A stretch of DNA of 64,000 nt. Source: Candidatus Omnitrophota bacterium. GTDB taxonomy: Bacteria > Omnitrophota > Gorgyraeia > Gygaellales > Profunditerraquicolaceae. Made by a program: the position numbers and the translations under genes. The DNA is taken from contig JBAZJY010000003.1 of assembly GCA_041651115.1 (NCBI GenBank), positions 3,188 to 67,187 of the forward strand. Reading direction: 5' to 3'. The notes beneath the pieces were generated by a model. That model was not told the origin of the DNA and did no database searches. It was given only the letters and a program-made list of their open reading frames with translations. Shown here piece after piece: positions 9,759-18,736 of this stretch (position 1 is the first letter of the stretch; each line of letters starts with the position of its first letter).

Positions 9759-11442
9759 TTTTATAAACCAGAATTTCTTTATCGTCCGATCTTATTTTCT
9801 GCACTAATCTGATTTTAGGAAAGATGCCGATCAAAACATCTATATGGTTTTTCTTCAACCGATAGGCAGCCGGCATTTCTTTGTCCGGATAAGATCCATC
9901 AATCACCGCAAAATATTCCGCGCAATGAAAGTCAGCCCTATTTGCCTCGTTTAGATCACGCAAAAATTCGTCATACTCCAGCCATTTATTGCCGCGGCCT
10001 ACGGAGCGCACAAACAGGTAAAAATCGCAGTTGGAAATATTTATATTATCACGATAACGGATCAAATCTACCACTTTAGATTTATTATTATATGCCTGGA
10101 GCAGCATGCTTAAATAAGCGCCGCACTCCGGGGGGTTATCATCGGTAATGTAATAGACTACTCCGGCCCTGTATCTTTTCCCCCGGTTGGCCTGATTAAG
10201 GTATTCTGCGGCAGAATACCAGGGGCGCCACTGTTTCAGCGGAAAAGGCATACATTCAACGAACGTATATCTATCTATTGCCCGCGCCAAACCCGATCGT
10301 TCAAAAAACGGCGCTGCCGCAGGAAGCAAGACCGGAGTGAAACGCAGGAACGTAAATATGCTGAAAAATAAAAAAACAACGGCCAATGCCGATCTTAAGG
10401 CCTTCGGCCGCACGTAAGACAGCCCCAATCCGCTGATAATGCCGAAAAAAGGCACATAAGGAACGGCGTATTGGAAGAATCTGGCTGTCATAATGGTCAG
10501 GATGCAAAAAGGCACGATAAACCATACAAGCAGAAGCAATTTATGCCATTTATTTTTATGCTCCCGGAAAAAATAAAAAGCGCCGGTGACGAACAAAATA
10601 ACATTTATAAGGCCAAGATGGTAATTCTTTATCGCGGTCAAATGGTATGCCAGAAAAGAGAGTTGATACGGATGGCTGACTCTCACCCCGTCCTGATTGC
10701 TCAAGAACAGGCGCGCTATACCGTCTCGATCCATACACGAAGGATGGATCAGATAATTCTTATAGTATACCAGCAAAACCAGCAGAAAGCTTAACAGCAA
10801 CGCGATAATCAGGTTGTTGCGGCCGGCTTTGTTGGCTGTTACCGGGATAAACAGATAAAAGAATACCGCGCACAACGGCCCGACAATAAAAAAGATTATG
10901 CTTTGTTTTATCAGCAGGCCTGCCGCAAGCAAAATACCGAACCAAAGCGAATATACAAGGCTGTTAAATCCGCTTGTCCTGATTAAAAAATAGAATATCC
11001 ATACGGACATCGCCGCCTGCGCCAGCTCCAGATCAAAAACCCGCGAGGCTGCATAGATAACCGGATAGAACCCAAGGATCACCGCGCTCAATAAGCCGGC
11101 TGTCCGGTCTTTAATATATTCGCCGATCTTATAGGCGCCGCATAGTAACAGGGCAAGGAACAGGCTTGAAGTCAGAAAAAAATATTTATACCCAAAGACG
11201 ATCCGGATCAAGGCGGAAATTAAATAATAAAGCGGCGGATAGCTGGGCTCAGCGGTTAAGGCGTCCAGAAAACTGTCCTGATGGTTGCCGGTCAGGACCT
11301 TGTACATGCGCGCCCCCTGGCTGGCATGGTAAGCAGTATCCTTCCACGCAAATACGTCGTAATACTGCATAAATATATAATTGGAAAAAACAAAAAAACC
11401 GATAATGGAAAACAATAATACCAGTGCGAGTTTTCTGCTCAT
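9742..11442 (-). CDS. GT-C fold membrane glycosyltransferase, ArnT/PMT-like (COG1807; GT39/GT83)
   Basis: Multi-pass membrane protein. N-terminal periplasmic loop with HASQGARM...EPSYPPLYYLISAL, like the ArnT/PMT DE...YPPL signature region. C-terminal soluble domain. Confidence 0.55.
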   Translation of the reverse strand: MSRKLALVLLFSIIGFFVFSNYIFMQYYDVFAWKDTAYHASQGARMYKVLTGNHQDSFLDALTAEPSYPPLYYLISALIRIVFGYKYFFLTSSLFLALLLCGAYKIGEYIKDRTAGLLSAVILGFYPVIYAASRVFDLELAQAAMSVWIFYFLIRTSGFNSLVYSLWFGILLAAGLLIKQSIIFFIVGPLCAVFFYLFIPVTANKAGRNNLIIALLLSFLLVLLVYYKNYLIHPSCMDRDGIARLFLSNQDGVRVSHPYQLSFLAYHLTAIKNYHLGLINVILFVTGAFYFFREHKNKWHKLLLLVWFIVPFCILTIMTARFFQYAVPYVPFFGIISGLGLSYVRPKALRSALAVVFLFFSIFTFLRFTPVLLPAAAPFFERSGLARAIDRYTFVECMPFPLKQWRPWYSAAEYLNQANRGKRYRAGVVYYITDDNPPECGAYLSMLLQAYNNKSKVVDLIRYRDNINISNCDFYLFVRSVGRGNKWLEYDEFLRDLNEANRADFHCAEYFAVIDGSYPDKEMPAAYRLKKNHIDVLIGIFPKIRLVQKIRSDDKEILVYKNENKH

Positions 11443-11490
11443 TCCTGCCCCTTAAGGTAAGCGTAACTGCCCATACAGCGCCCGAGCCGG

Positions 11491-13140
11491 TCAATAAACC
11501 CGGAAAACAATATTCTCTTCGTCTTCATATATAAGCCGGTAATTTTCTTTATAGAGTCTGATGCGGCCGCGCGCCTCTAAAGGAATAAGGTATTTATGTA
11601 TCACGATATATTTGACTTTATTGACGGACAACTGCAGCTTCTGCAGGCTTAAGTCGTTTAATTCCAGGCGGCTGATAAGCGGTTTGCCTACCCGGCGCGA
11701 AATATAGCCCTGGACTATCGGGAGAGCGTGAAAAGTCTGATACATCATATATCTTGCCGCATACATATAATTATAAGCGGGTAAATCCAAAATGCCGAAT
11801 TTTTCAGTATCCTTGCCGATCGTTTTATAGGCAGGCGGACAATATACCGGCGTTATTGCCGCGCATACCGAGTAATAATCGCAGAATAATAACAGGCTAA
11901 CCAGAAAAAATGCCAGACCCCTCCTTATCAACTTAAAGCCATAAGCCCGATACAGGTATTTTATGGCAAAAGAAACTATGACCGCCCAAAACAGATAAAC
12001 GTAAACTATGGCCCGTGACGGTGTATGCATTACCGATAACAGGGGGATGTGTTTCATCAGCGCGTAAGGAAGCGGTATAGAGCTTTGCCAGCCAAATATA
12101 TGCACGGAAGTACCCATGGACAAGGCTAAAAACGGCAGAGCGGCAAGAAAATATTTTGCGGCTTGCTTTTTTATTCCTTTAAACGCCAGAATAACAAGAA
12201 CAATGCTTATAATGCCCAGATAACCGGTCTGTTCCCACGGATTGCCGGTAAACCTGGTGTTTATGTATTGAAATATACTACTGTCGGCAAGCGCATGGTA
12301 CGGATGCGGCACTATCAAGGCCAAAAGGTCAATTACAAATATATCCGGATTACGCAAGCCGGCTGTCTCAGGGTGGTTCAGGCCTACTTTCGCCATCTTA
12401 AACAGCCACGGCCCAAGAATTAATACGGCAGGCAAAAGAGTTAAAACGGATTTTTTTAAGGCATCGGGAAGGAAAAATCTTCTTCTCCTAAAAACCAGGT
12501 ACACATAACCAAGGCAGACAAAGATAACGCCCAAAACAAAATAATAAAGACTGCTGACGCTGTTTAATGCGAAAAACAGGCCGGCAAGAAATAAATCTTT
12601 TTTGGAATTATAACGCAAGGCCTTTATGAAATACAGGACAAAAAACGGTATGAATTGGATCGTTGCCAGCTCTATGTGGTGCAGGGAATGCGCAAAATGC
12701 GAAGGGTTAAAAGCAAAAATAAAGCCCCCGACCGCGGCCGCAAACGGATCCTTTGTCAAATACCTGACTAAAAGGAAAGCGCCGATACCGGAAAGCACGA
12801 ACGTTGACAATATCAGCAGATTATAGGCAAATACCGGGCTTATGAATTGCTTTAATATTACGGCGATAAAAAGGTTATAAAAAGAAAATGCCTGGAATAA
12901 CAATGAACTGCCTTCCGGATAAAATATATAATTTGAAAAGGCCATGCTCCCGGAATGCCCTACAAACACCTTATTCGCCCACCATATATCCCAGAAATGC
13001 GACAGATTGTCTTCCGCAGGCCCGATCAGCGAAAGTGCGATCTCCTTAAGGCAGGGAGAAAAAAAGACCGCAGTAAAAAAACAATATGCCAGGATAGCGG
13101 CTAAAAAAACGTATCTACTGCTGACGGATTTTTTGGGCAT
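11491..13140 (-). CDS. polytopic membrane protein, probable GT-C type glycosyltransferase (YfhO/ArnT-like)
   Basis: More than 10 TM segments plus a ~120 aa C-terminal soluble domain. Sits between a GT-C and a GT2 gene. No sharp motif recognised. Confidence 0.35.
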   Translation of the reverse strand: MPKKSVSSRYVFLAAILAYCFFTAVFFSPCLKEIALSLIGPAEDNLSHFWDIWWANKVFVGHSGSMAFSNYIFYPEGSSLLFQAFSFYNLFIAVILKQFISPVFAYNLLILSTFVLSGIGAFLLVRYLTKDPFAAAVGGFIFAFNPSHFAHSLHHIELATIQFIPFFVLYFIKALRYNSKKDLFLAGLFFALNSVSSLYYFVLGVIFVCLGYVYLVFRRRRFFLPDALKKSVLTLLPAVLILGPWLFKMAKVGLNHPETAGLRNPDIFVIDLLALIVPHPYHALADSSIFQYINTRFTGNPWEQTGYLGIISIVLVILAFKGIKKQAAKYFLAALPFLALSMGTSVHIFGWQSSIPLPYALMKHIPLLSVMHTPSRAIVYVYLFWAVIVSFAIKYLYRAYGFKLIRRGLAFFLVSLLLFCDYYSVCAAITPVYCPPAYKTIGKDTEKFGILDLPAYNYMYAARYMMYQTFHALPIVQGYISRRVGKPLISRLELNDLSLQKLQLSVNKVKYIVIHKYLIPLEARGRIRLYKENYRLIYEDEENIVFRVY

Positions 13141-14416
13141 CTATTTTTTCCCTGTTAAAAACTCTGATAAAATCAAGAATATAGCGGGCAGCAAGAATCT
13201 CCCGTTTAAAATATAACTTACTTTCATATCTCTCGCTCCACCATATCGGGATCTCTTTTATCTTGTAGCCATGCCTGATCGCCCTTAATAATAATTCCGT
13301 ATCCCAAAATACCCCTCTTCTTAACGACCGGTCGTAACCCATTTCTTCAACCAGCGCCAGGATAACTTCTTTTTTGAAAGCCTTAAAGCCGCACATATGG
13401 TCGGCTATTCCGGTATGAAACATCAGCCGGATAAAAAAATTATATGCGCGGCTGATCGACAGCCTGAAAAGGCTCCTTTTCCTTTTTGCACCGGCAAGAT
13501 ACCTGCTTCCGGTAACAATATCATATCCGCAAACCACCTGGTCAATCAGGTCTTTCAGGAATCTTAGGCTCCTTACGGCATCTACATCAACAAACGCGAT
13601 AATATCGCCACCGGCTTTTTTAAACGACTGCGCCAGATTTTCCCTGCGCGTCGGCCCGATATCGTAATTAAGCAGGCTGACCTTGCGGTTAGAGCGCTCA
13701 ATAGCGCGGCTGATCAGTTCGGTCTGGTCCCTTGAAGCGTCATTTACGATAAATATCTCGTAATCAACGGGGATCTTCCTTATTATATATTCCAACGTAT
13801 GGATCGATCGCTTAAGCGTGCTTTCTTCGTTGAATATGGGGACAAACACGGATACGTGGTGTTTTTCGCCCGACCTGTAATCAACTTTATGTTTTACCGC
13901 TAAAATGGTCGTGCCGAAATTAAGGCGCAGGCCGGACATCCGGAAAAATAATTTATCCAGCCAGCCTGGCAATGGCCGGTGTTTCAAGCCGAAAATTTTC
14001 CGTAAGGATAAGACCGGGACCAGGAACCAAAATAGATGCGTTATTTCAAAGCCGGAAAAATCATTGGCGCTGTACCTGCGGCGGTGGCCGAGAAGCCTGT
14101 CATATTTTCCGTAAAGCCACTTATAGGCAGGGACCGTAATCACGATCTTTTTCCTTGCGACCCTGAGCAGCTCGTTTATGGCCTGCTTATGCGGCCCGAT
14201 GAACTCAAGCGCATCGGAACAAATAACGGTATCAAATGAATCATCGCCAAAGGGCAGCTTTGAAAATTCTCCGCCGATATTTACCGCGTTATCTATAATG
14301 CATCCGTATCCGACACTTAGACAGGAACCCTCAACCATTGATTCCAGGAGTTTGCGCTTATACGTGAAATAAAAATTGGGGCGGCCTTTCAGCCATTCGG
14401 CGTTAAGCTTGTCCAA
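13115..14416 (-). CDS. family 2 glycosyltransferase (polyprenyl-phosphate sugar synthase / Dpm1-ArnC-like) with degenerate N-terminal methyltransferase-like segment
   Basis: VSVFVPIFNEESTLKRSI...YEIFIVNDASRDQT...GSRYLAG is a GT2 Rossmann with DxD. N-terminal KLPFGDDSFDTVICSDALEFI resembles Methyltransf_11 motifs II/III but the GxGxG motif I is missing. Confidence 0.6.
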   Translation of the reverse strand: MDKLNAEWLKGRPNFYFTYKRKLLESMVEGSCLSVGYGCIIDNAVNIGGEFSKLPFGDDSFDTVICSDALEFIGPHKQAINELLRVARKKIVITVPAYKWLYGKYDRLLGHRRRYSANDFSGFEITHLFWFLVPVLSLRKIFGLKHRPLPGWLDKLFFRMSGLRLNFGTTILAVKHKVDYRSGEKHHVSVFVPIFNEESTLKRSIHTLEYIIRKIPVDYEIFIVNDASRDQTELISRAIERSNRKVSLLNYDIGPTRRENLAQSFKKAGGDIIAFVDVDAVRSLRFLKDLIDQVVCGYDIVTGSRYLAGAKRKRSLFRLSISRAYNFFIRLMFHTGIADHMCGFKAFKKEVILALVEEMGYDRSLRRGVFWDTELLLRAIRHGYKIKEIPIWWSERYESKLYFKREILAARYILDFIRVFNREKIDAQKIRQQ

Positions 14417-14446
14417 CGAAGGCTCCTTAAGCGGGTTTTATATAAA

Positions 14447-14488
14447 GAATAACCCCGCACTCAATTTTCTAAAGGAGTGCGGGGTTAT
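14447..14488 (-). terminator. hairpin terminator downstream of the 14514..15191 gene
   Basis: Perfect 15-bp inverted repeat AATAACCCCGCACTC / GAGTGCGGGGTTATT with a 12-nt loop, followed on the minus strand by a T-rich stretch. Confidence 0.5.
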
Positions 14489-14513
14489 TGTGAAGTATCC
14501 TGTAAATATCAAA

Positions 14514-15191
14514 TTATTTTTTCTTTACCTTATCAATAAGCTCTGATACGGCTTTCCCGGCGATATCCTTGCATCCGAGGCCGAATGCCAAAGCAGACCC
14601 AAGGCCAAGAGCGCCAAGGACGATGCTTAAGATCAGCTGCAGGGTGCGCGCGCCGATATTCAATTGCTCAAGCGCCATAATAATGGCAAAGATCATTACT
14701 ATCGCTTCCACGACCTTGCCTAAGAGCTTTTCTTCTGAAAGCCCGGCGTTCGTGGCGATAGTCACGACGATGTTCTTTAAAAGCGTGGCTATGAACATAC
14801 CAAGGATCAAAATGAACACCGCTGCGATGATGCTGGGCACGTAAAGCACAATCCGGTTCAAGAGGTCAGCGGCAATGGTCAGGCCAACAGCGTTGACAGC
14901 AACCATAAAGGTAATCAACATCGTCAGCCAATAGACTATTACCCCCAACATCTCGGAAAGCGAATACTTTATCCCGCCTTTAGCAAGCAGGCTTTCCAGC
15001 TCAATACGGTCAGAGAGGTCGTCAAGCTTGACTACTCTCAGGATCCTCGTGACGACGGTCTTTAAGACTTTTGCCACCAACCAGCCGATAACGAGAATTA
15101 CAAGCACCAGCAAAACGTTAATCATGAACTGCCCGATCTGTTCCAACATCAGCTTGGCGGGTTCAAGTAACACAATTTGCCAAGTACTCAT
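14514..15191 (-). CDS. small membrane protein with conserved TM-helix repeats (MscS-associated TM_helix family)
   Basis: Four or five TM helices with repeated LL...A.L......I....L...I pattern. Strong SD (GGAGGTGGAGG) 5 nt upstream of the ATG at 15191. Confidence 0.45.
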   Translation of the reverse strand: MSTWQIVLLEPAKLMLEQIGQFMINVLLVLVILVIGWLVAKVLKTVVTRILRVVKLDDLSDRIELESLLAKGGIKYSLSEMLGVIVYWLTMLITFMVAVNAVGLTIAADLLNRIVLYVPSIIAAVFILILGMFIATLLKNIVVTIATNAGLSEEKLLGKVVEAIVMIFAIIMALEQLNIGARTLQLILSIVLGALGLGSALAFGLGCKDIAGKAVSELIDKVKKK

Positions 15192-15270
15192 CCTCCACCT
15201 CCTTTGGTTTTATTAAAACGCCATCGGGTTAACTCTATCATAATCATCAAGTTATGTCAAGAAAAATCGG

Positions 15271-16236
15271 TTATCTGCGATAAAAAATCAGGCAGGATTT
15301 CTTTTTAACTGCGGATACGCCTTTAGGCAGGTCTACGACCGAGCCATCGGGCCGGCTTAAAATCAAATCATTTATTTCTTCGGTATGTTTAAAAGTGAGC
15401 CTGCGCGTGTCGCCGCTTACGCGGCTGAAACTGCGGCGCAGGATGAGATTTTGCATTGCCGGATGCAGCTTGAGGAACCGGGGCAGCCGGATTTTTGTTC
15501 CTAATCGCTTTAGCGCCTTTTGCGCGGCTGCGAAAAGATAATCATAATCATATCCGGCGCTTAAAGCAGTGCTGCTGAGGACTTCCTTGATATTTGCATT
15601 ATATTCTTTTTCCAATAAAGGCAGGAGCCGGTTGCGCAGCCTATTCCTTAAATAAATATCTTCCTTATTTGTTTCGTCAATGCGGAAGCTGATCTTATTT
15701 TTTTTCAGGAATGCTTCTATTTCTTTGCGCTTTACTTCCAAAAGCGGCCGGATAAGCGTAAACCCGGAGAATTTCCTTTTCGGCAGGATCGCTGATAATC
15801 CATAGAGCCCGCTGCCCCGGATCAGCCGCATCAAAACGGTTTCTGCCTGGTCATCAAGGTTATGCCCAAGGCAGATCTTCCTTGCCTTTACCTTGCCGGC
15901 TGCTTCAAATAGGAATTCCAGCCTTGCCTTACGGCAGGCTTCTTCTAACGAAACATTTTTTAGCGTCTTTTTTACATCAAATTTGGCAATTATAGCCGGA
16001 ATGCCAAGCTTTATTGCCAACGCCTTGACAAACTCCGCGTCTTTATGGGAATTCCTGCGCAGCATATGGTCCAAATGCGCAATATACAGCTTAATACACA
16101 GCTCATCCTCAAGGCCCTTAAGCAAATAAAGCATGGCCACAGAATCCGGGCCGCCGGAAACCGCGACAATCACCTTTTCCTTTTTATCGATAAGCCGGTA
16201 TTTTTTTATAGTGTTTCTGACTTTACCGGTGAGCAT
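15271..16236 (-). CDS. tilS: tRNA(Ile)-lysidine synthetase TilS
   Basis: PP-loop VAVSGGPDSVAMLYLL (SGGxDS). CLGHNLDDQAETVLMRLIRG. About 320 aa. Confidence 0.8.
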   Translation of the reverse strand: MLTGKVRNTIKKYRLIDKKEKVIVAVSGGPDSVAMLYLLKGLEDELCIKLYIAHLDHMLRRNSHKDAEFVKALAIKLGIPAIIAKFDVKKTLKNVSLEEACRKARLEFLFEAAGKVKARKICLGHNLDDQAETVLMRLIRGSGLYGLSAILPKRKFSGFTLIRPLLEVKRKEIEAFLKKNKISFRIDETNKEDIYLRNRLRNRLLPLLEKEYNANIKEVLSSTALSAGYDYDYLFAAAQKALKRLGTKIRLPRFLKLHPAMQNLILRRSFSRVSGDTRRLTFKHTEEINDLILSRPDGSVVDLPKGVSAVKKKSCLIFYRR

Positions 16237-16238
16237 AA

Positions 16239-17024
16239 TTACCTGGCAGCGAACATATCTTCAAGCTTGGCTTGGGGATGCCTGTAGCGCTTCCTGCCCG
16301 TAGTATTCTTACCGTATTGGATCGCCTGCTCCGGGCACCAGTGAAGGCAGGCAAGGCATTGCTCGCATTTATGCAGCCATACCGGTTTTCCATCAATCAT
16401 CGTGATGTTGTTTACCGGGCAAACTTTGGCGCAAATAGCGCAGCTGGTGCATTTTTCATTCGCCCAAAAACCCTTGTCCATTGCCGGTATTTTCGGGGAC
16501 ATCAATCTATACAAAATTCCGGAAAAGATCAAGTTAAACAATAACGGGCCTTTTTCAATCAGGCCTTTCTTCCTCTGCCTGACTGCCTCGGCAATTACCT
16601 TGATCTTTTCTTTCTCTTTCTCAAACATACCTTCCTGTTGCTCTGCCGGTATGGCTTCATAAAGCGGCGTATAGTTGCCGGGCATGCGGATACCGTACCC
16701 CAAAGCTAATTCCATTCCAACCGCCTTAAGCGCCTTTGCAGTCTGGATAAGCGAGCCGGCAGCAGTGCCGCCGTAAGTAGCCACGCTAAAAATATACTTA
16801 TTCTTATCGGCGACTAATGTATCGATGAATCGTTTTACGATCAGCGGCATACCGAACATATAAACGGGATAGACAATACCGATGCAATCAGCGTTCACGG
16901 CAGCCTTGCTGTTGATTGCCCTGGCAATACTCACTGCCTCTGCCTGGCCCAATTCGTTAGCCAGATCGCGGGCTACTTTAAGGCAATTTCCGGTCCCTGT
17001 AAAATAAAAAATGGTTGTATTCAT
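16239..17024 (-). CDS. flavodoxin-like / 4Fe-4S ferredoxin fusion protein (EFR1-like)
   Basis: N-terminal FYFTGTGNCLKVARDLANEL flavodoxin fold motif. C-terminal CTSCAICAKVCP and CEQCLACLHWCP are two CxxCxxCxxxCP ferredoxin motifs. Confidence 0.6.
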   Translation of the reverse strand: MNTTIFYFTGTGNCLKVARDLANELGQAEAVSIARAINSKAAVNADCIGIVYPVYMFGMPLIVKRFIDTLVADKNKYIFSVATYGGTAAGSLIQTAKALKAVGMELALGYGIRMPGNYTPLYEAIPAEQQEGMFEKEKEKIKVIAEAVRQRKKGLIEKGPLLFNLIFSGILYRLMSPKIPAMDKGFWANEKCTSCAICAKVCPVNNITMIDGKPVWLHKCEQCLACLHWCPEQAIQYGKNTTGRKRYRHPQAKLEDMFAAR

Positions 17025-17030
17025 AAGTTC

Positions 17031-17125
17031 GTTATTAAGTGGCGGAGAGTGGCCCCGCTTGCGCGGGGCTGCCGTTACTATACGACGCCACTTGTTGCGT
17101 TATTAAGTGGCGGAGAGTGGATTTC
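17031..17125. repeat. two tandem copies (17030-17052 and 17097-17119) of a 23-nt repeat CGTTATTAAGTGGCGGAGAGTGG, each with downstream hairpins. Resemble tRNA 3'-end/att-like fragments.
   Basis: Identical 23-mers at 17030 and 17097. On the minus strand they read ...CCACTCTCCGCCACTTAATAACG, similar to the tRNA 3' end CCTCTCGCCGCCACTAAT at 17200. The CTCCGCC part is complementary to the GGCGGAG 5' end of the partial tRNA at 17388-17426. Confidence 0.5.
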
Positions 17126-17199
17126 CAGCCGCCGTTATTTTAACGTCCGGCGGCGCAGTCCCCTGCTTCTTAGGGGAAAACCACCGGATAACAAATTAG

Positions 17200-17273
17200 T
17201 GGCGGCGAGAGGATTTAAACCTCTGACTTATCGGGTATGAGCCGACTACTCTATCGGGCTGAGTTACGCCGCC
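17200..17273 (-). tRNA. tRNA with CAT anticodon (elongator Met or Ile2/lysidine type). No encoded CCA.
   Basis: Minus strand: GGCGGCG-TA-ACTC-AGCCCGATA-GAGT-A-GTCGG-CTCATAC-CCGAT-AAGTC-AGAGG-TTTAAAT-CCTCT-CGCCGCC-A. It folds as a cloverleaf with a 7/4/5/5 bp stem pattern. The D-loop has GA instead of GG18-19 and the T-loop has U56 instead of C56, an apparent A19-U56 covariation. About 125 nt upstream of tilS in the same orientation. Confidence 0.75.
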
Positions 17274-17387
17274 AAAATCTACTATTATAATCCAGGCGCA
17301 TGTCCTTGCTCGCTTTGCTCGCAAGGATTAATTCGGCCAGCAAACTTATGTTTGCTATCGCTCCACAAGTTTGGGCCTCATTTAAGT

Positions 17388-17426
17388 ATGAGCCGCGTGC
17401 TCTATCAGGCTGAGCTACTCCGCCAA
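17388..17426 (-). pseudogene. tRNA(CAT)-like 5' half fragment (acceptor, D-arm, anticodon stem 5' strand and loop only)
   Basis: Minus strand: GGCGGAG-TA-GCTC-AGCCTGATA-GAGC-A-CGCGG-CTCATAC, then no complementary CCGCG or T-arm. About 80% identical to the 5' half of the intact tRNA 115 nt downstream. Confidence 0.45.
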
Positions 17427-17429
17427 ATT

Positions 17430-18026
17430 TTATTTTTTCTTGCGCAGCTGGTATTCTACATAACCGGCAAGGACTTCCGCTACCTTTATCGGAGGCTGCA
17501 CAACAAAATAACGGCTCATTATCGCGTGGGCGATCTCATGGCCAAGCACTTCTTTTGTAAAATTATCCGGAGAAGTATAAATCGTGTTTAAGTCGGCAAC
17601 AAAAAGCGTATGGTTTTCCGGTTCCCTGCCGAAAAACTCCTTATAAAGGTTGCTCAATTGCGCTTCATTGCGGCAAACCTTGATATTGCCGTGAAAACTG
17701 TAAATATGCATATCCAATATATCGGATACCCTTAAAAAAAGCGTATCGACCATATCGGCAAGGCTATCAGCAGAACCACCCGCATAATCAGAGCCCCATT
17801 TTTCAGTAGAGCCGCCGGTAAGGACTCTATCCTCTACTCCGATGTTCAGCTTTTGGCTAAGCTCCGCAGGGTCAACCTGTGAAGCGTAATACACGGTAAA
17901 ATATTTGCCCTCTACGCGGCGCGCCGAACCAAAACCGTCATCAAAACCATAAACCATTCCGGCTGCGGCAGGCACGAGCAGCAAAACGAGGCATATTATA
18001 CAATAAAACCGGGATTTCGGCATCAA
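17430..18026 (-). CDS. secreted protein with HExxH motif (putative small zincin-like metallopeptidase)
   Basis: Signal peptide (CIICLVLLLVPAAAG). HEIAHAIM motif near C-terminus. Otherwise unrecognised. Confidence 0.4.
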   Translation of the reverse strand: MMPKSRFYCIICLVLLLVPAAAGMVYGFDDGFGSARRVEGKYFTVYYASQVDPAELSQKLNIGVEDRVLTGGSTEKWGSDYAGGSADSLADMVDTLFLRVSDILDMHIYSFHGNIKVCRNEAQLSNLYKEFFGREPENHTLFVADLNTIYTSPDNFTKEVLGHEIAHAIMSRYFVVQPPIKVAEVLAGYVEYQLRKKK

Positions 18027-18736
18027 GATTTAAAATACCGGATTATTCTGTCTAATTCGTCGGATATCCTTTTAATATCGGTTAAGTGGCTACGCTTGTG
18101 CTCCGGAAGCTCACCCTCGGAAAGCTTATCCATTTTTTCTTTCAAAGAACCGAAATTAAGCTTAAGCAAATTGATCTGCTCCCTGTTCTTTGCGATCATG
18201 CTATTGAATGCGTTTGTCACGTCCTGCAGCTGGTCAAGCTTGCGGGTCTGGAATTCCGAACAATAATCGCCTCCCTCTACTGCCTTTAGCACTTTTTTAA
18301 ACCGAAAAAGCGGGCCGGCGATCTTATGCGAAATAAACAATGTCACGGCGATCGTAGCAATGCCGACAATTATCCCTACCACCACTACCGTTTGAACCAG
18401 CACCGGCAGGATAAAGTCTGCGGTGGAACGCACCAGCACGCGCGAATGCACAACCGAAACCGTGGTAGAGCGCATTGCCAGGAGGTAAACGCCGCCTACG
18501 GTAAGGATACCTCCCAAGAAAACCAGGGAGCAGAACTTTAAAATAAAATCCGTCTGGAATTTTTTACCGATAAAATAATTCCCGCGCTTGTAAGTTTTGG
18601 CTGCTTCCGCCATCTTAGTCTCCCTCTGCACAGAAAGTGCGCACCAAACCATTCCAGCAGTAAGCGACACTTGCCCATCCTCTAGGGCAAGGTGCCTATT
18701 GGTTTGGGTGTTATTTATTATCTGCTTTAAGGTCAA
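18023..18736 (-). CDS. two-TM membrane protein with HAMP domain and C-terminal coiled coil (real start probably internal ATG near 18613)
   Basis: TM1, periplasmic segment, TM2 (VVVVGIIVGIATIAVTLFISHKIAGPL), then an LFRFKKVLKAVEGGDY...NAFNSMIAKNRE HAMP-like amphipathic helices. No kinase or MCP output domain. The first 41 codons overlap the upstream gene. Confidence 0.45.
   Translation of the reverse strand: MTLKQIINNTQTNRHLALEDGQVSLTAGMVWCALSVQRETKMAEAAKTYKRGNYFIGKKFQTDFILKFCSLVFLGGILTVGGVYLLAMRSTTVSVVHSRVLVRSTADFILPVLVQTVVVVGIIVGIATIAVTLFISHKIAGPLFRFKKVLKAVEGGDYCSEFQTRKLDQLQDVTNAFNSMIAKNREQINLLKLNFGSLKEKMDKLSEGELPEHKRSHLTDIKRISDELDRIIRYFKS

Noticed and set aside
17281-17426. Possibility that the 5' half-tRNA is an intron-containing or split tRNA gene completed by downstream sequence.
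   Set aside because: No complementary anticodon-stem 3' strand (CCGCG) or T-arm follows within the ~115 nt before the next intact tRNA. That tRNA is complete on its own, with different acceptor and anticodon stems. Scored as a fragment.
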